From positions 72,719 through 136,718 of the forward strand of contig MESW01000003.1 in the NCBI GenBank assembly GCA_001771135.1: a stretch of DNA of 64,000 nt, written 5' to 3'. The notes beneath the pieces were generated by a model. That model made no database searches. It was not told the origin of the DNA and saw only the letters and a list, made by a program, of their open reading frames with translations. Positions 1-10,374 of this stretch are shown here, piece by piece (position 1 is the stretch's first letter; every line of letters begins with the position of its first letter). Source of the DNA: a candidate division CPR3 bacterium GWF2_35_18. GTDB taxonomy: Bacteria > Patescibacteriota > CPR3 > GWF2-35-18. Position numbers and translations under genes: made by a program.

Positions 1-112
1 GCTTTTTAGCCGGGTTGACTAAGTTTGTAGGTGCAAATAATATTCTGTATTTGATACGAAATTCATACAATATAAACTCCGAATCAAATTCAGAATGATA
101 ATGAAATTTTAC

Positions 113-140
113 AAAAAAGACCGTCTATAGGTTAGACAGC
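113..140 (-). terminator. Putative rho-independent terminator downstream of the Nudix gene. On the minus strand it reads as a hairpin (GTCTA/TAGAC stem) followed by TCTTTTTTGT.
   Basis: Inverted repeat ccgtcta...tagacagc at 121-140 preceded on the plus strand by an A-run, which is a T-run on the minus strand. Confidence 0.4.
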
Positions 141-190
141 CTTTATAATAAATTTTAATTCTCTCTCAAAGAATACGGGGTTTATATTTT

Positions 191-832
191 CTAATAAATT
201 AAATTTTTCTCGCCTTTCAAAAATCTCTCAGTAAGTAGGGCAATTTTATAGTGATAATTATCCCAACCAATTGGAAATGAATCTCTATTGACCGTAATTT
301 TACTTTTATGACCAGTATTATCTAATATTTCAGTTGTAAATTTATAGGATTTTTGAACATGAACTTTTAATAAATCAGCTAAAGGAGATTCACAGATAGC
401 CTGAACTTCACTCTTCTGTAATTTGTATGAAACAAGCGGAGAGTTATCTATAATCATAAAGATATCGACGATGTTATGACGTATATTTTCATTAATATCT
501 GCACTAATGCTCATTTTTCGTCCCAGATATTTCAGTTCCTCAAATTTATATTCTTTACCTAGCTCTTCCTGAACTTCACGTAGTCCGTCAGAAATAGTTT
601 CTCCAGCGTTATAATGTCCGCCAGCAGAAACGTCCAGTTTTCCTGGAGCCCAGGCGCTTTTTTGACTTCGAATTTGATAAACAATTGCCGGAAATGGTTT
701 ATTTTTAATTACCCAAAGATTAAAAGTTCCCAACCAATCTTCATCTCTCCAGGCTTCATTTAGAGGTTTTTTGACCCCGGATTTTTGAAATGAAGGAGGT
801 TTTAAAATATCAACGTATTCGGTCATACACAA
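191..832 (-). CDS. Nudix hydrolase
   Basis: Nudix box G-x5-E-x7-REVQEELG is present (GGHYNAGETISDGLREVQEELG). Confidence 0.7.
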   Translation of the reverse strand: MCMTEYVDILKPPSFQKSGVKKPLNEAWRDEDWLGTFNLWVIKNKPFPAIVYQIRSQKSAWAPGKLDVSAGGHYNAGETISDGLREVQEELGKEYKFEELKYLGRKMSISADINENIRHNIVDIFMIIDNSPLVSYKLQKSEVQAICESPLADLLKVHVQKSYKFTTEILDNTGHKSKITVNRDSFPIGWDNYHYKIALLTERFLKGEKNLIY

Positions 833-843
833 ATGTAATAATT

Positions 844-2451
844 TTAAACTATTTCGTCTTTACGGTCTCTAACAAATGAAAACCATTCTTCAAAAAGATT
901 AATTATCGTCTTAAATGGCGCCTCAATGAATAAATCAAAAACATAGACTGGTAAATTGAGTTTAGCGAATTGACCGGAAAGTATTGATCCAGTACGAATT
1001 ATCGGAAAGGCAAAAATGTCTGTTAAGGTTGAAATTCCGTTCTGTGAGCTACGAATCAAATTAATATCTCTCACCTGTTGTCGTATCATATATCCGAAAA
1101 AACTCACCAAAGTGAGGAATAAAATAAATATCCCTCCACCAATAATATTGAAATTCATTTTAACTAAAAAGTAAACTATTGCTCCGAACGTAAAGACAAA
1201 CCCTATCGAATATAGCACACCAAAAATTAATCTTTTACTTTTACTTAATTTTTTTCTTTCTTTATAGTCTATAATCTCATCCGGAATAGAATCATAAATA
1301 ATACTTCGAATATAATCTTGAATTGCGATTGTATTTTTCTCTCCTGGAACTCGTATCGTCAAAGTAACCAAAAACATAATTGCTGGGGGAACAATTAGAT
1401 TAATTGCTAAAGTAAAATAATTAATTTCTTTTAGGACAATTTTTTCAAACGGAAATTCAATCAGTATCGCTAGTAACATTTTTGTTAAGAAAATATAGAT
1501 AATCGATCTTGTAGTTGCTACCGTCAATTTACTTCTAATTCGGCTATATTTTTCTTCAGTAATTTTTTTGATTAATTGGTTTAAAAAGGTTGTATTTTTT
1601 ACTTTTTGTCTTACATCAAAAGGATTTTTCTCCAAAGCATCTTGTAGAATTAAAAACGGAGAGATGTTATTACGACAATAATAAAAAAGCTTCTCGGTAA
1701 TTTTACTTGTAATAATTTCGTTTATTTTTCTTCTAACTAAGATTAGATCCCTGGCAATATTTTTATATTCTCTGTTACTTTTATCCCAACTTGGAAAATA
1801 CTTTTTGAAAAGATCAAATGATAGTAAAGCACGATCTGCCTTTAGTAAGGCTTTTCGTAATGCCACTCTAAAAATATAAATCTTTTCTTCCTCATTATAC
1901 TTATCGGTTTCAAAATTCACATGAGGAAATAAAGTTTTGTAAGTATAGTCAAACATTGCTTCTCTTTTTACTGCGGAAGAAAGATTTTCTTCAATTTCAC
2001 AAGAAGCCAGTGATAATAAAAATTCAAAATTACCCTTTGTTCCTTTGACCTCGAGCTTTAAATGGTTAAACTCTTTCCAAAGTTCAAGATAATTATCAAT
2101 TATGATCGAAACCTCTTTAATTTTGGATTCAGGAATCTTCTCATTTTCTAAATAGCGAGCCCAAATCAGCTCACGGATTAATCCTTCGGCGGTTTCTTCA
2201 CTAGTATTTTGAAGATAGATAAGACGTTTTAACATCCTTTCGATCGCGGCACGACGCAGTAGGTGTTGTTCGCGATATTCTACCGCGTTTCGAATCATTT
2301 CATAAAAAGATGCAGCAGCAGAAATCACAAAGTTTACTTTAATTGTTTCTGATCTTTTTTGAGTTTGTTTGACTTGAGTTTCGGATTCGTAAACGTTAAG
2401 TAATTTTTCAAATTTGGAATTCAAATCGTATTGTTCGGGAATTTCAGTCAT
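844..2451 (-). CDS. Hypothetical integral membrane protein (535 aa). It has an about 300-aa N-terminal soluble region and a C-terminal multi-TM region. No recognisable family.
   Basis: Long ORF with several hydrophobic helices in the C-terminal half. Translationally adjacent to the Nudix gene, separated by 11 bp. Confidence 0.45.
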   Translation of the reverse strand: MTEIPEQYDLNSKFEKLLNVYESETQVKQTQKRSETIKVNFVISAAASFYEMIRNAVEYREQHLLRRAAIERMLKRLIYLQNTSEETAEGLIRELIWARYLENEKIPESKIKEVSIIIDNYLELWKEFNHLKLEVKGTKGNFEFLLSLASCEIEENLSSAVKREAMFDYTYKTLFPHVNFETDKYNEEEKIYIFRVALRKALLKADRALLSFDLFKKYFPSWDKSNREYKNIARDLILVRRKINEIITSKITEKLFYYCRNNISPFLILQDALEKNPFDVRQKVKNTTFLNQLIKKITEEKYSRIRSKLTVATTRSIIYIFLTKMLLAILIEFPFEKIVLKEINYFTLAINLIVPPAIMFLVTLTIRVPGEKNTIAIQDYIRSIIYDSIPDEIIDYKERKKLSKSKRLIFGVLYSIGFVFTFGAIVYFLVKMNFNIIGGGIFILFLTLVSFFGYMIRQQVRDINLIRSSQNGISTLTDIFAFPIIRTGSILSGQFAKLNLPVYVFDLFIEAPFKTIINLFEEWFSFVRDRKDEIV

Positions 2452-2524
2452 AATAAATATATAAAAGGTATTTGGGCAGATTTACCTGTAAAAACAGGTA
2501 AAAAGAAAAAGATTCAGCCTTAGT

Positions 2525-4612
2525 CTATTCAATTTTGATCTTTACGTCAACTACTTTCGTAAAATCTTGACCAATAATTAAGGGATTCAAGTCTAATTCT
2601 GAAATCTGAGGAAAATCGATTACTAATTGTTGAATTTTTATTAGAATATCCTTGATAGCAGAAACATCGTAGCTTTTACCTCTTAACCCTTGTAATATTT
2701 TATTTATTTTAGTTTCAGTAATCATCTTGTCTATTGAGATTTTATCGGTGGGGATTATTCGAAATGCAACATCCTTATAAACTTCAGTATAGATTCCTCC
2801 TGATCCAAACATTAGTAGATGTCCGAAATTTGGGTCTTTTTTTACGCCAATAATAATTTCTAGTCCTTCTGGAAGCATTTCCTGGATTAAAACCCCTTCA
2901 ATATATTTTTCGAGAACATATTTTCTGGCCTTTTTAACCAAATCATCAAAGTTTTTAAGTAATTCTTTCTCATTCTTTACATTTAAAATAACTCCACTGT
3001 AATCAGTTTTATGAATCAGTTTTGATGAGGATAGCTTCATTACAACAGGATATTTTAGAAGTTCAAGGTAATTTTTGGCTGTTTGTTTATTTTTGGCAAC
3101 ATATACTTGTGCAGTCGGAACATCATATAAATTGAGAATTTTAAAAGCTTCCGCATCCTTTAAATATTCATTCTGCTTATGTCTAAAAATTTCCTCAACT
3201 TTCAGTTTGTGATGTATCGGAATAGCTGTAAATTGATAAAATTTATTTCTTCGAGCATTTTGAACCTTCCACTTCTCATATTTTATGAGTTTTGAAAGCG
3301 CTTTAATTGCCTCTGAAGGATATTTAAACTGAGCGACTTTGTTCTTTTGTAAGATATCAATACCTTTTTCAACGTTAACACCGCCAATAAAGGAAGTGAG
3401 AATTAGTTTTTTCTTCTGCTTGGCATATTTTACAATCACGTTAGCAGTTTTTTTGATCTCAGTCATAAACTGAGGAGTCAGAAGGACTAGAATTGTATCG
3501 ATATTCTTATCGTTAACTAGGTTATGTAACGCCCATTCATAACGATCCGAAAGAGCATCTCCAATTACATCTAAAGGATCTCTAATGTTGATAGTTGAAG
3601 GTAAATTTTCACCTAAATTCTTTATCGTTACTTGCGAAAATTTTGCCAATTGTAGCTGTTGTTTTATCAAACTTTCGGTTGCAATGACCGCTGGACCTCC
3701 AGCATTTGTGATAATAGCAATCCGATCACCAAAAGGCACGGGGAAGTTATTAAAAATCAACATCAGATTGAAGAATTCTTGGATCGAATCAACATGAATC
3801 AGTCCATTCTGTTCAAATCCAGTATTGATTATTTTCTGATCTTGAGCCAGTGAACCGGTGTGTGATGAAATTGCTTTTTTCCCTTCCGCAGTTTCACCTG
3901 GTTTTAGCACTATTATGGGTTTTTCATATCCTACTTCACGAGCTTTTTGTAAGAAATGCTTACCTGATCGAACATCTTCAAGATACGCAAAGATACTTTT
4001 TAGTTTTTTATCGGAAGCCCAAATATCAAGAAAATCAGATTCGTTAAGATCGAGTTTATTACCTAAACTTACAAAGTAAGAAAAACCCAAATTAACCTCT
4101 TCGGCCATATCGAGAATAGAAGTTGCAATGGCTCCAGACTGACTCATAAAAGCCACGTTACCTTTGTTAGGAAGGTTCGCAGCAAAGGTAGCATTTAGGT
4201 TTTGGAGAGTATTTATAAAACCCAAACAGTTTGGTCCTAAAATTCGGAATTTATATTCACCTTTTAATCTTAAGATATCGTTTTCCAGATCTAAACCCTT
4301 TTTCCCCTGTTCTCTGAATCCAGCGCTGATAATGACAATATTCCGGATACCTTTTTGTCCGCATTCTTCCATAATTTTAGCGACAAATGAGGCTGGAACA
4401 ACAATAACAGCCAAATCAATTTTATCTTCAACGGATAAGACAGAAGGATAGCAACGAAGATGAAATATTTTCTTTGCCTTTGGATTGATAGGGTACACGC
4501 GACCTTGAAACCCATAATCAATAATGTTTCGAACAATGGCCGAACCAAGCTTTTTTATATTTCTTGATGCACCAATGACTGCGATCGACTGGGGGCTTAG
4601 AAAATCATTCAT
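2525..4612 (-). CDS. ADP-forming acetyl-CoA synthetase (acetate--CoA ligase, ADP-forming), fused alpha and beta domains
   Basis: N-terminal CoA-binding motif (SIAVIGASRNIKKLGSAI), succinyl-CoA-synthetase-like flavodoxin domains and a C-terminal ATP-grasp region. About 700 aa, typical of fused Acd. Confidence 0.8.
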   Translation of the reverse strand: MNDFLSPQSIAVIGASRNIKKLGSAIVRNIIDYGFQGRVYPINPKAKKIFHLRCYPSVLSVEDKIDLAVIVVPASFVAKIMEECGQKGIRNIVIISAGFREQGKKGLDLENDILRLKGEYKFRILGPNCLGFINTLQNLNATFAANLPNKGNVAFMSQSGAIATSILDMAEEVNLGFSYFVSLGNKLDLNESDFLDIWASDKKLKSIFAYLEDVRSGKHFLQKAREVGYEKPIIVLKPGETAEGKKAISSHTGSLAQDQKIINTGFEQNGLIHVDSIQEFFNLMLIFNNFPVPFGDRIAIITNAGGPAVIATESLIKQQLQLAKFSQVTIKNLGENLPSTINIRDPLDVIGDALSDRYEWALHNLVNDKNIDTILVLLTPQFMTEIKKTANVIVKYAKQKKKLILTSFIGGVNVEKGIDILQKNKVAQFKYPSEAIKALSKLIKYEKWKVQNARRNKFYQFTAIPIHHKLKVEEIFRHKQNEYLKDAEAFKILNLYDVPTAQVYVAKNKQTAKNYLELLKYPVVMKLSSSKLIHKTDYSGVILNVKNEKELLKNFDDLVKKARKYVLEKYIEGVLIQEMLPEGLEIIIGVKKDPNFGHLLMFGSGGIYTEVYKDVAFRIIPTDKISIDKMITETKINKILQGLRGKSYDVSAIKDILIKIQQLVIDFPQISELDLNPLIIGQDFTKVVDVKIKIE

Positions 4613-4618
4613 ATATGT

Positions 4619-5902
4619 TTACTTATGAATAACTTGAGCGATTATTTCCTTAGTATTTACAACATTCAATTTATTGAATAATGTCGTAAATTTTTCTACC
4701 AACTTATTCCTGATCTCCGTTTGAATTTCCGGAGACAAATCCCAACAATCTTTTTTGAAAGGACCAATAGCCTTTTTTCTAGTTTTATACAGAAACTGTT
4801 CCTCAGTTTGACCATCTTTTTTCTCATCAGCACAGTTTGCTTTCACATATTCATGAACTTTATCTTTGAGTTCTTTGGGGAAAGCAGGATGATCATAAGT
4901 CATATTTTGAAATTCAGTTGCAAGATGGACTTCAAGAGTTCCTTTCTTGGGAAAATTATCAAAAGCTTCTTCTGGTAGTGTTGAAGCTCCATGTTGAACA
5001 GCACCACCTAGCCCATATGTTTGACACTCTTTAGACATTATTCCTAAAGTGTCAAAATCAATTTTTACTTTGGCTAGAGTGCCATCTGGTAAAACAACGC
5101 CACCATGGGTTGTTCCAGTTTGAACGCTCACCTTTGATAACCCCACGAAGTTTCCTTTTGCCTGTAATAAAGCTTGATAACCTTCCAAATAAGCTTGTAG
5201 CTCTTCGGGAGAGCTATTTTTACCTCCGACTTCACCTATTTCTCCACCAACTGATACCGTGGGACCCAAATTAAGCTCTTTTTCAAGATTACGAATGTAA
5301 ACTGTTAAATCAGCCGTTTGTTCGTAATTATTCTTTTGTTGTTCTGAAATCGTGGTTTTTGTAAGATCTACCAAAGTAGAGGCATCGATGTCAATATTAT
5401 AAAAATGCGCCTCCAAAGATTCTCGAATTAGATCTTTAATCGCTTGAGCCTCCTTCTGGGGTTCTACTAAAAATTTTTTGAGCTTGAATTGATAGTGATC
5501 GCCTTGAAGAAATATCGGACCGACAAAGTTTTCTTTAATCGCTGCCGCCAAAATTGAGGTCGTAAATTCTGCCGGACGTTGGTCTGTATAACCGATTTCA
5601 GATCTAGCAATTTCGAATATTAATGCTCCAACTTTCAAATTATTTGCAGCTTGAAAGATAGCACGTGCCATATTATAGCTCATCATCCGAACATTGATAG
5701 CCGGTACTGAGAAACCTTCAAATTGATGTTTTCCTCTCGCCATATAAAAATCATGAATAGAAGCAGGATAAATTCCCATGGATAATGCCGTCTCATAAAT
5801 CGACTTACGTGCATTTTCTTTTTCTGCATCTACTCCAAAAGTCGCGGTATAAATTAATGTATCAATATTTTCTGACATAGAAACTCCTTTTTTTCCTGTC
5901 AT
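4619..5902 (-). CDS. GatZ/KbaZ-family class II (tagatose/fructose) bisphosphate aldolase-like protein
   Basis: 427 aa. Motifs ALIFEIARSEIGYTDQRPAEF and FLQGDHYQF parallel GatZ [24 protein letters not shown] and ILGGDHLGP. An HGAS motif and a C-terminal TIM-barrel-like region are present. RBS AAGGAG upstream. Confidence 0.5.
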   Translation of the reverse strand: MTGKKGVSMSENIDTLIYTATFGVDAEKENARKSIYETALSMGIYPASIHDFYMARGKHQFEGFSVPAINVRMMSYNMARAIFQAANNLKVGALIFEIARSEIGYTDQRPAEFTTSILAAAIKENFVGPIFLQGDHYQFKLKKFLVEPQKEAQAIKDLIRESLEAHFYNIDIDASTLVDLTKTTISEQQKNNYEQTADLTVYIRNLEKELNLGPTVSVGGEIGEVGGKNSSPEELQAYLEGYQALLQAKGNFVGLSKVSVQTGTTHGGVVLPDGTLAKVKIDFDTLGIMSKECQTYGLGGAVQHGASTLPEEAFDNFPKKGTLEVHLATEFQNMTYDHPAFPKELKDKVHEYVKANCADEKKDGQTEEQFLYKTRKKAIGPFKKDCWDLSPEIQTEIRNKLVEKFTTLFNKLNVVNTKEIIAQVIHK

Positions 5903-5978
5903 TCCGGACTTGATCCGGAATCTATTATTTTAAATAATTATTACTGGATCCCGTATCAAGTATGGGATAACTTTAATG

Positions 5979-6872
5979 TCATTTTAATTTTTCGATTGCT
6001 TCAGAAACTAAATTTTTGGATCCAATATAAACTGGGGTACGATGATCCACTTTATTGGGAACTATTTCTAAAGTTCTTTTCACTCCATCTGAAGCTGCTC
6101 CACCCGCAGCCTCAGCGATAAAAGACATTGGTCCGACTTCAAAAAGAACTCTTAACTTACCTTCTGGTTTTTCGATTAACGCTGGATAGCTAAAGATTCC
6201 GCCATACGTTAAAATTTGGTGAAAATCTGGAACAAAAGAACCGCTGTAACGAAGCTTCAAACCTGCTTCTTCATATGATTTAATCAGCTGTTTATGTTTT
6301 TCCGTCCATTTTGTGTATAATCCACCCGGAGAATAGAGTTTCCCGTCTTCAGATAGTTTCATATCTTCTTTTACGAGGTCAAAAACACCTTCATCATTAA
6401 GAACAAATTGAGAAACTCCGGATTGATCAGCAAATACCATGAGAGTAAGTGGTCCAAGCAAAATATAAAAAGCAGATTTGATATTGGATAACCCACTCAT
6501 AATTTCCCCGTTTTCATAAATGGAAACAATAATCCCTACCGCAAGATTGGTTGGAATGAGAGAAGAACCATCTAAAGGATCAATTGTCACTCCAAAATGT
6601 CCCCGCGTACTTTCCATATGAATCACATCAGCTTCTTCTTCACTGCCGGCCTGTTTTACAAGACCAGATGATTTGAAAGCAGTAAGGAGTATTTCGTTAG
6701 CTCTTTTATCCAGTTTGATTTGTTCTTCGCCATAGAGATTATAAGTACCAGCTTTTTTGTCTCCACCTAAAAATTCCGTCTTTATAGGCTTTATTTGATC
6801 TACTATAACTTGAATCATGTCAATAAAATCTTTAGATTGATTATTACCTTGAAGATAGGAAGAAAGTGTCAT
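5979..6872 (-). CDS. fbp: Fructose-1,6-bisphosphatase class 1
   Basis: DPLDGSS metal-binding motif. GKLRVLFEVGPMSFIAEAAGGAASDG matches the FBPase class 1 signature. Confidence 0.75.
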   Translation of the reverse strand: MTLSSYLQGNNQSKDFIDMIQVIVDQIKPIKTEFLGGDKKAGTYNLYGEEQIKLDKRANEILLTAFKSSGLVKQAGSEEEADVIHMESTRGHFGVTIDPLDGSSLIPTNLAVGIIVSIYENGEIMSGLSNIKSAFYILLGPLTLMVFADQSGVSQFVLNDEGVFDLVKEDMKLSEDGKLYSPGGLYTKWTEKHKQLIKSYEEAGLKLRYSGSFVPDFHQILTYGGIFSYPALIEKPEGKLRVLFEVGPMSFIAEAAGGAASDGVKRTLEIVPNKVDHRTPVYIGSKNLVSEAIEKLK

Positions 6873-6977
6873 TGTTGACTCCTTGTGTAAATGCTTGATT
6901 GAAAATAATAAATACTATATATTTTATTGTAGAAGGTTTAAAAACTTTGTGCAATAGAAAAATGAAAGGAGTTATAT

Positions 6978-7238
6978 ATGGCAGGATTAAAACTAGGAGA
7001 AGCACCAACCAAAACAATTGCAGATGCCTTTTGGAACACTGAAACAACTGAAGAAAAATTTGATCCAGAAAAAAAAGCAGCCCAAGGATTATTAGGACTA
7101 CGTACAATTAATTGTAAAGGAAATCCCGAAAAATTAGCTGAATTTGATGAGATGGTTAATCAACAAAGGTCTCAAGGAAAATCGTTTACAGAAATTTATG
7201 AAGAAGTTGAAGCAGCAACATTCTCCGAATTAGTATAA
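6978..7238 (+). CDS. Small hypothetical protein (86 aa), hydrophilic
   Basis: Strong SD (GAAAGGAG) 6 nt upstream of the ATG. It is a lone plus-strand gene between minus-strand genes. The competing minus-strand ORF 6844-7107 lacks an RBS. Confidence 0.45.
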   Translation: MAGLKLGEAPTKTIADAFWNTETTEEKFDPEKKAAQGLLGLRTINCKGNPEKLAEFDEMVNQQRSQGKSFTEIYEEVEAATFSELV

Positions 7239-7270
7239 ATAGTACTAACTTTACATTTATTATTTAATAC

Positions 7271-8911
7271 TTATCTAATTAGTATTCTTCCCGTCATTTC
7301 CTGCGGTATTGGTAATCCCATCACTTTTAGAATCGTAGGAGCTACGTCTCCCAATATTCCTGGTTGTAATGTCTTCAAACCAGTGGGAACAGGACCAATG
7401 TAGATAAAAGGGACTGGAAAGTTGGAATGTTCTGTGTCGGGTTCATTCAGTTCACGATTAAACATCTCCTCGACATTCCCATGATCAGCTGTAACTATCA
7501 TCACTCCTCCCATGCCTTTTACAACTGGTGCTAATTTCCCCAAACAGATATCAATAGCTTCACAAGCTTTAATTCCGGCTGCAATTTTACCAGTATGACC
7601 TACCATATCAGGATTAGCAAAATTGATTACAATAAAATCATAAATATTTTGTTTAATCTTTTGTACCAAAACATCCGTTAATTCGAAACTCGACATTTCA
7701 GGTTTCAAATCATATGTAGGAATAGATGGAGAGGGAATAATAATACGGTCTTCACCTGGAAAGGGATCTTCACGTAAACCATTAAAATAATAGGTAACAA
7801 AACGTTCTTTTTCGGTCTCAGAGATGTGCAGCTGTCTTTTTTGATGATCAGAAAGAACTTCAGATATTGTCTGTTTAATTGAACGACGAGGAAAAGCAAT
7901 TGCCGAAACAGGTAAACCTTCTTCATATTGAGTCATCGTCACAAAAAAAAGATTTTGGATGAAGTTAGGTCTACTGAAAGTGGTAATTTTATGAATTTGG
8001 ACTCTTTTTTTCAAAGGAAGTTCTTCTTTAAAAATATCTTTTCGAACTTCCACGTATTCAAAATTAGGTAACACAAATGCTTTTGTTAGCTGTCTCGGGC
8101 GATCGACTCGATGATTGAAGAAAATTACCGCATCGTTATCGTGAATAAGACCAATGGGATTATTATTTTCGTCTACGATGTTTATCGGTTTAATAAATTC
8201 ATCAGTTATCCCTTGTTCGTAAGAGTGAATGAGCGCCTTTTGAGCATCTTTTTCTTTGATTCCGGTTCCTTGAGTTAAACAGTTATAACATACTTCTGTT
8301 CGATCCCAACGATTATCACGATCCATAGCATAGTAACGTCCAGTAATGGTCGCGATCTTTCCCACTCCAGTTTCTTTCATTCGATTTTCAACCTCAACAA
8401 CAAAGGTAATGCCTTCATGTGGAGGGTCATCACGACCATCAGTAAATACATGTAGGAAAACTCGTTTTACATCGTACTCTTTAGCTAACCATAACAAACT
8501 ATTAAGATGATCGGTAGAGGCATGTACAGCAGACGGTTGAATAATTCCGACCAAGTGAAGAGCTGAATCATTACGATTGACGTGTTCTACAGCTTTTACA
8601 AAAGCTTCATTACGGATGAAAGTACCGTCAATAATTGATTGGTTTATTCGTTGCAAATCTTGATAAACAACTCTTCCAGCACCAATATTTAAGTGTCCCA
8701 CTTGAGAACTTCCATCTTGAGCATCAGGTAGTCCTACGGATTTTCCCGAAGCTTGAAGATGTGTATGTGGGTTATTTAACCACAATTTATGATAGTTAGG
8801 CATTGAAGCCAAAAGAGTCGCATCACTTTCAAGATCTTTTTGGGGAGCAATACCAAATCCGTCTAATATCACAAGCACAACTGGTTTTGGAGCACTAACA
8901 GAATTATCCAT
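7271..8911 (-). CDS. gpmI: 2,3-bisphosphoglycerate-independent phosphoglycerate mutase
   Basis: N-terminal VVLVILDGFG, a metalloenzyme core and a C-terminal VTADHGN motif. About 546 aa. Confidence 0.9.
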   Translation of the reverse strand: MDNSVSAPKPVVLVILDGFGIAPQKDLESDATLLASMPNYHKLWLNNPHTHLQASGKSVGLPDAQDGSSQVGHLNIGAGRVVYQDLQRINQSIIDGTFIRNEAFVKAVEHVNRNDSALHLVGIIQPSAVHASTDHLNSLLWLAKEYDVKRVFLHVFTDGRDDPPHEGITFVVEVENRMKETGVGKIATITGRYYAMDRDNRWDRTEVCYNCLTQGTGIKEKDAQKALIHSYEQGITDEFIKPINIVDENNNPIGLIHDNDAVIFFNHRVDRPRQLTKAFVLPNFEYVEVRKDIFKEELPLKKRVQIHKITTFSRPNFIQNLFFVTMTQYEEGLPVSAIAFPRRSIKQTISEVLSDHQKRQLHISETEKERFVTYYFNGLREDPFPGEDRIIIPSPSIPTYDLKPEMSSFELTDVLVQKIKQNIYDFIVINFANPDMVGHTGKIAAGIKACEAIDICLGKLAPVVKGMGGVMIVTADHGNVEEMFNRELNEPDTEHSNFPVPFIYIGPVPTGLKTLQPGILGDVAPTILKVMGLPIPQEMTGRILIR

Positions 8912-8926
8912 AAAAGTATTTCCTTT

Positions 8927-10270
8927 TTAGATTTTCTCCAGAATTTTAAGTTCTTCTTCTATTTTCATAAGGCGATTATACTTAGAAACTCTTTCACCTT
9001 TACGGGGAGCTCCTGATTTGAAATATTCAGCTCCAACTGCCACAGAAAAATCTGCCAAAAAATCGTCATTTGTTTCACCAGAACGATGGGAAAAGACAAT
9101 TTTTAATTTTTGCTGTTGAGCAGTAATTACAACATTCAAAAGATCCAAAACTGAACCAATTTGATTGGGTTTTATAGAAATTGCGTTTGCCCAATGTTCT
9201 TTTCGATTTTGGTTAATTTTTTCCATATTACCATTAAAAAGATCATCTCCCACGACTCCTATAAAATTAGGAACTTTATGCTTGAATTCAACCCAATGTT
9301 TATAATCATCAGCAGAAAGAGGATCTTCGAAAAAGATAATAGGGAAATCTTTCGCAAATTTTAAAAGATATTCTACCATCTCTTCTGGTGTAAATTTCTT
9401 CTTTCCTTGAGAAACAGTATACAATCGATTTATATGGTCATAAATACCTGTAGCCGCAATATCTAAACCAAAATAGACTGAAGATTCCAGTCTAGTTTCC
9501 AGTTTGGAAATTGCTTGCATAATAATCTCTAAAGCCTTTGTATCACTATCAAGAGAAGGCATAAATCCACCTTCATTCGAAAGAGATGTATATTCATAAT
9601 CACTACCCATCAAGTCCTTTTGAATCTGATGATCAATTTCCGAAGCGTATCGTAATTTATCACAATAATTAGGAATACCTTTTAGTATTACCATAAAATC
9701 CTGAAAGTCTAATTTACTCTTTTGGGACTCACGACCATTTATCATATTAAAAATTGGCTCTGGAATAGCCATTTTTTTCATTGGTTCTATGTTTTGAACG
9801 GTTTCTAAATTGATAGTATCACCTTCAGATTTAAATAAATGATTATATTGCTTTTCATATAAATAATGCAGATATTCAAACAAAGATTGATTACGACTGG
9901 CAGCTCCAGCTTTAGCCACGGCCATAGACGTTGATAAGATGGTATTACTACCTAAATGAGCCTTATTCGGAGTCCCGTCTAGATCAGCAAGAAGCTCATC
10001 AATATCAAATTGATCTTGGGGATCTTTTTTATACAAACGTGGAGCAATGGTTTTGTTCACATTGGTAACCGCACGAGTCACTCCATAGCCATGATATCGA
10101 CTCATGTCTTTATCTCTAATTTCAACATTATCTTCAATACCGTAACTAGTCCCTGAAGCTGAAGAAGAATAAACCTTTACTCCATTCGACAAAGTTACTT
10201 CAACCTCAATTGTCGGTAAACCACGTGATTCTAAAATCTCTCGTCCTTTGACTTCTTGAATGTATAACAT
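8927..10270 (-). CDS. eno: Enolase (phosphopyruvate hydratase)
   Basis: Canonical start MLYIQEVKGREILESRGLPTIEVEV and a C-terminal enolase TIM barrel (SHRSGETND). The N-terminal Mg-site segment is divergent (SASGTSYGIED). Confidence 0.88.
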   Translation of the reverse strand: MLYIQEVKGREILESRGLPTIEVEVTLSNGVKVYSSSASGTSYGIEDNVEIRDKDMSRYHGYGVTRAVTNVNKTIAPRLYKKDPQDQFDIDELLADLDGTPNKAHLGSNTILSTSMAVAKAGAASRNQSLFEYLHYLYEKQYNHLFKSEGDTINLETVQNIEPMKKMAIPEPIFNMINGRESQKSKLDFQDFMVILKGIPNYCDKLRYASEIDHQIQKDLMGSDYEYTSLSNEGGFMPSLDSDTKALEIIMQAISKLETRLESSVYFGLDIAATGIYDHINRLYTVSQGKKKFTPEEMVEYLLKFAKDFPIIFFEDPLSADDYKHWVEFKHKVPNFIGVVGDDLFNGNMEKINQNRKEHWANAISIKPNQIGSVLDLLNVVITAQQQKLKIVFSHRSGETNDDFLADFSVAVGAEYFKSGAPRKGERVSKYNRLMKIEEELKILEKI

Positions 10271-10374
10271 ATAAAAAACCTCTAATTTATATTAATATTG
10301 TTTTCACTACCTTATTACTTTACAATATACTCAAACTTAATTCAAATATATTATTTATCTATGGAGAACTAGTT

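Noticed and set aside
3585-4548. Cluster of short ORFs on both strands inside the acetyl-CoA synthetase gene (3585-3797, 3659-3853, 3850-4047, 3858-4079, 4164-4451, 4291-4548)
   Set aside because: They are nested within or antisense to a long, well-supported CDS. Their translations are low-complexity with no RBS.
6844-7107. 87-aa minus-strand ORF overlapping the fbp 5' end and the plus-strand small gene
   Set aside because: No RBS, a low-complexity Leu/Phe-rich translation typical of antisense AT-rich DNA, and it overlaps a better-supported plus-strand ORF.
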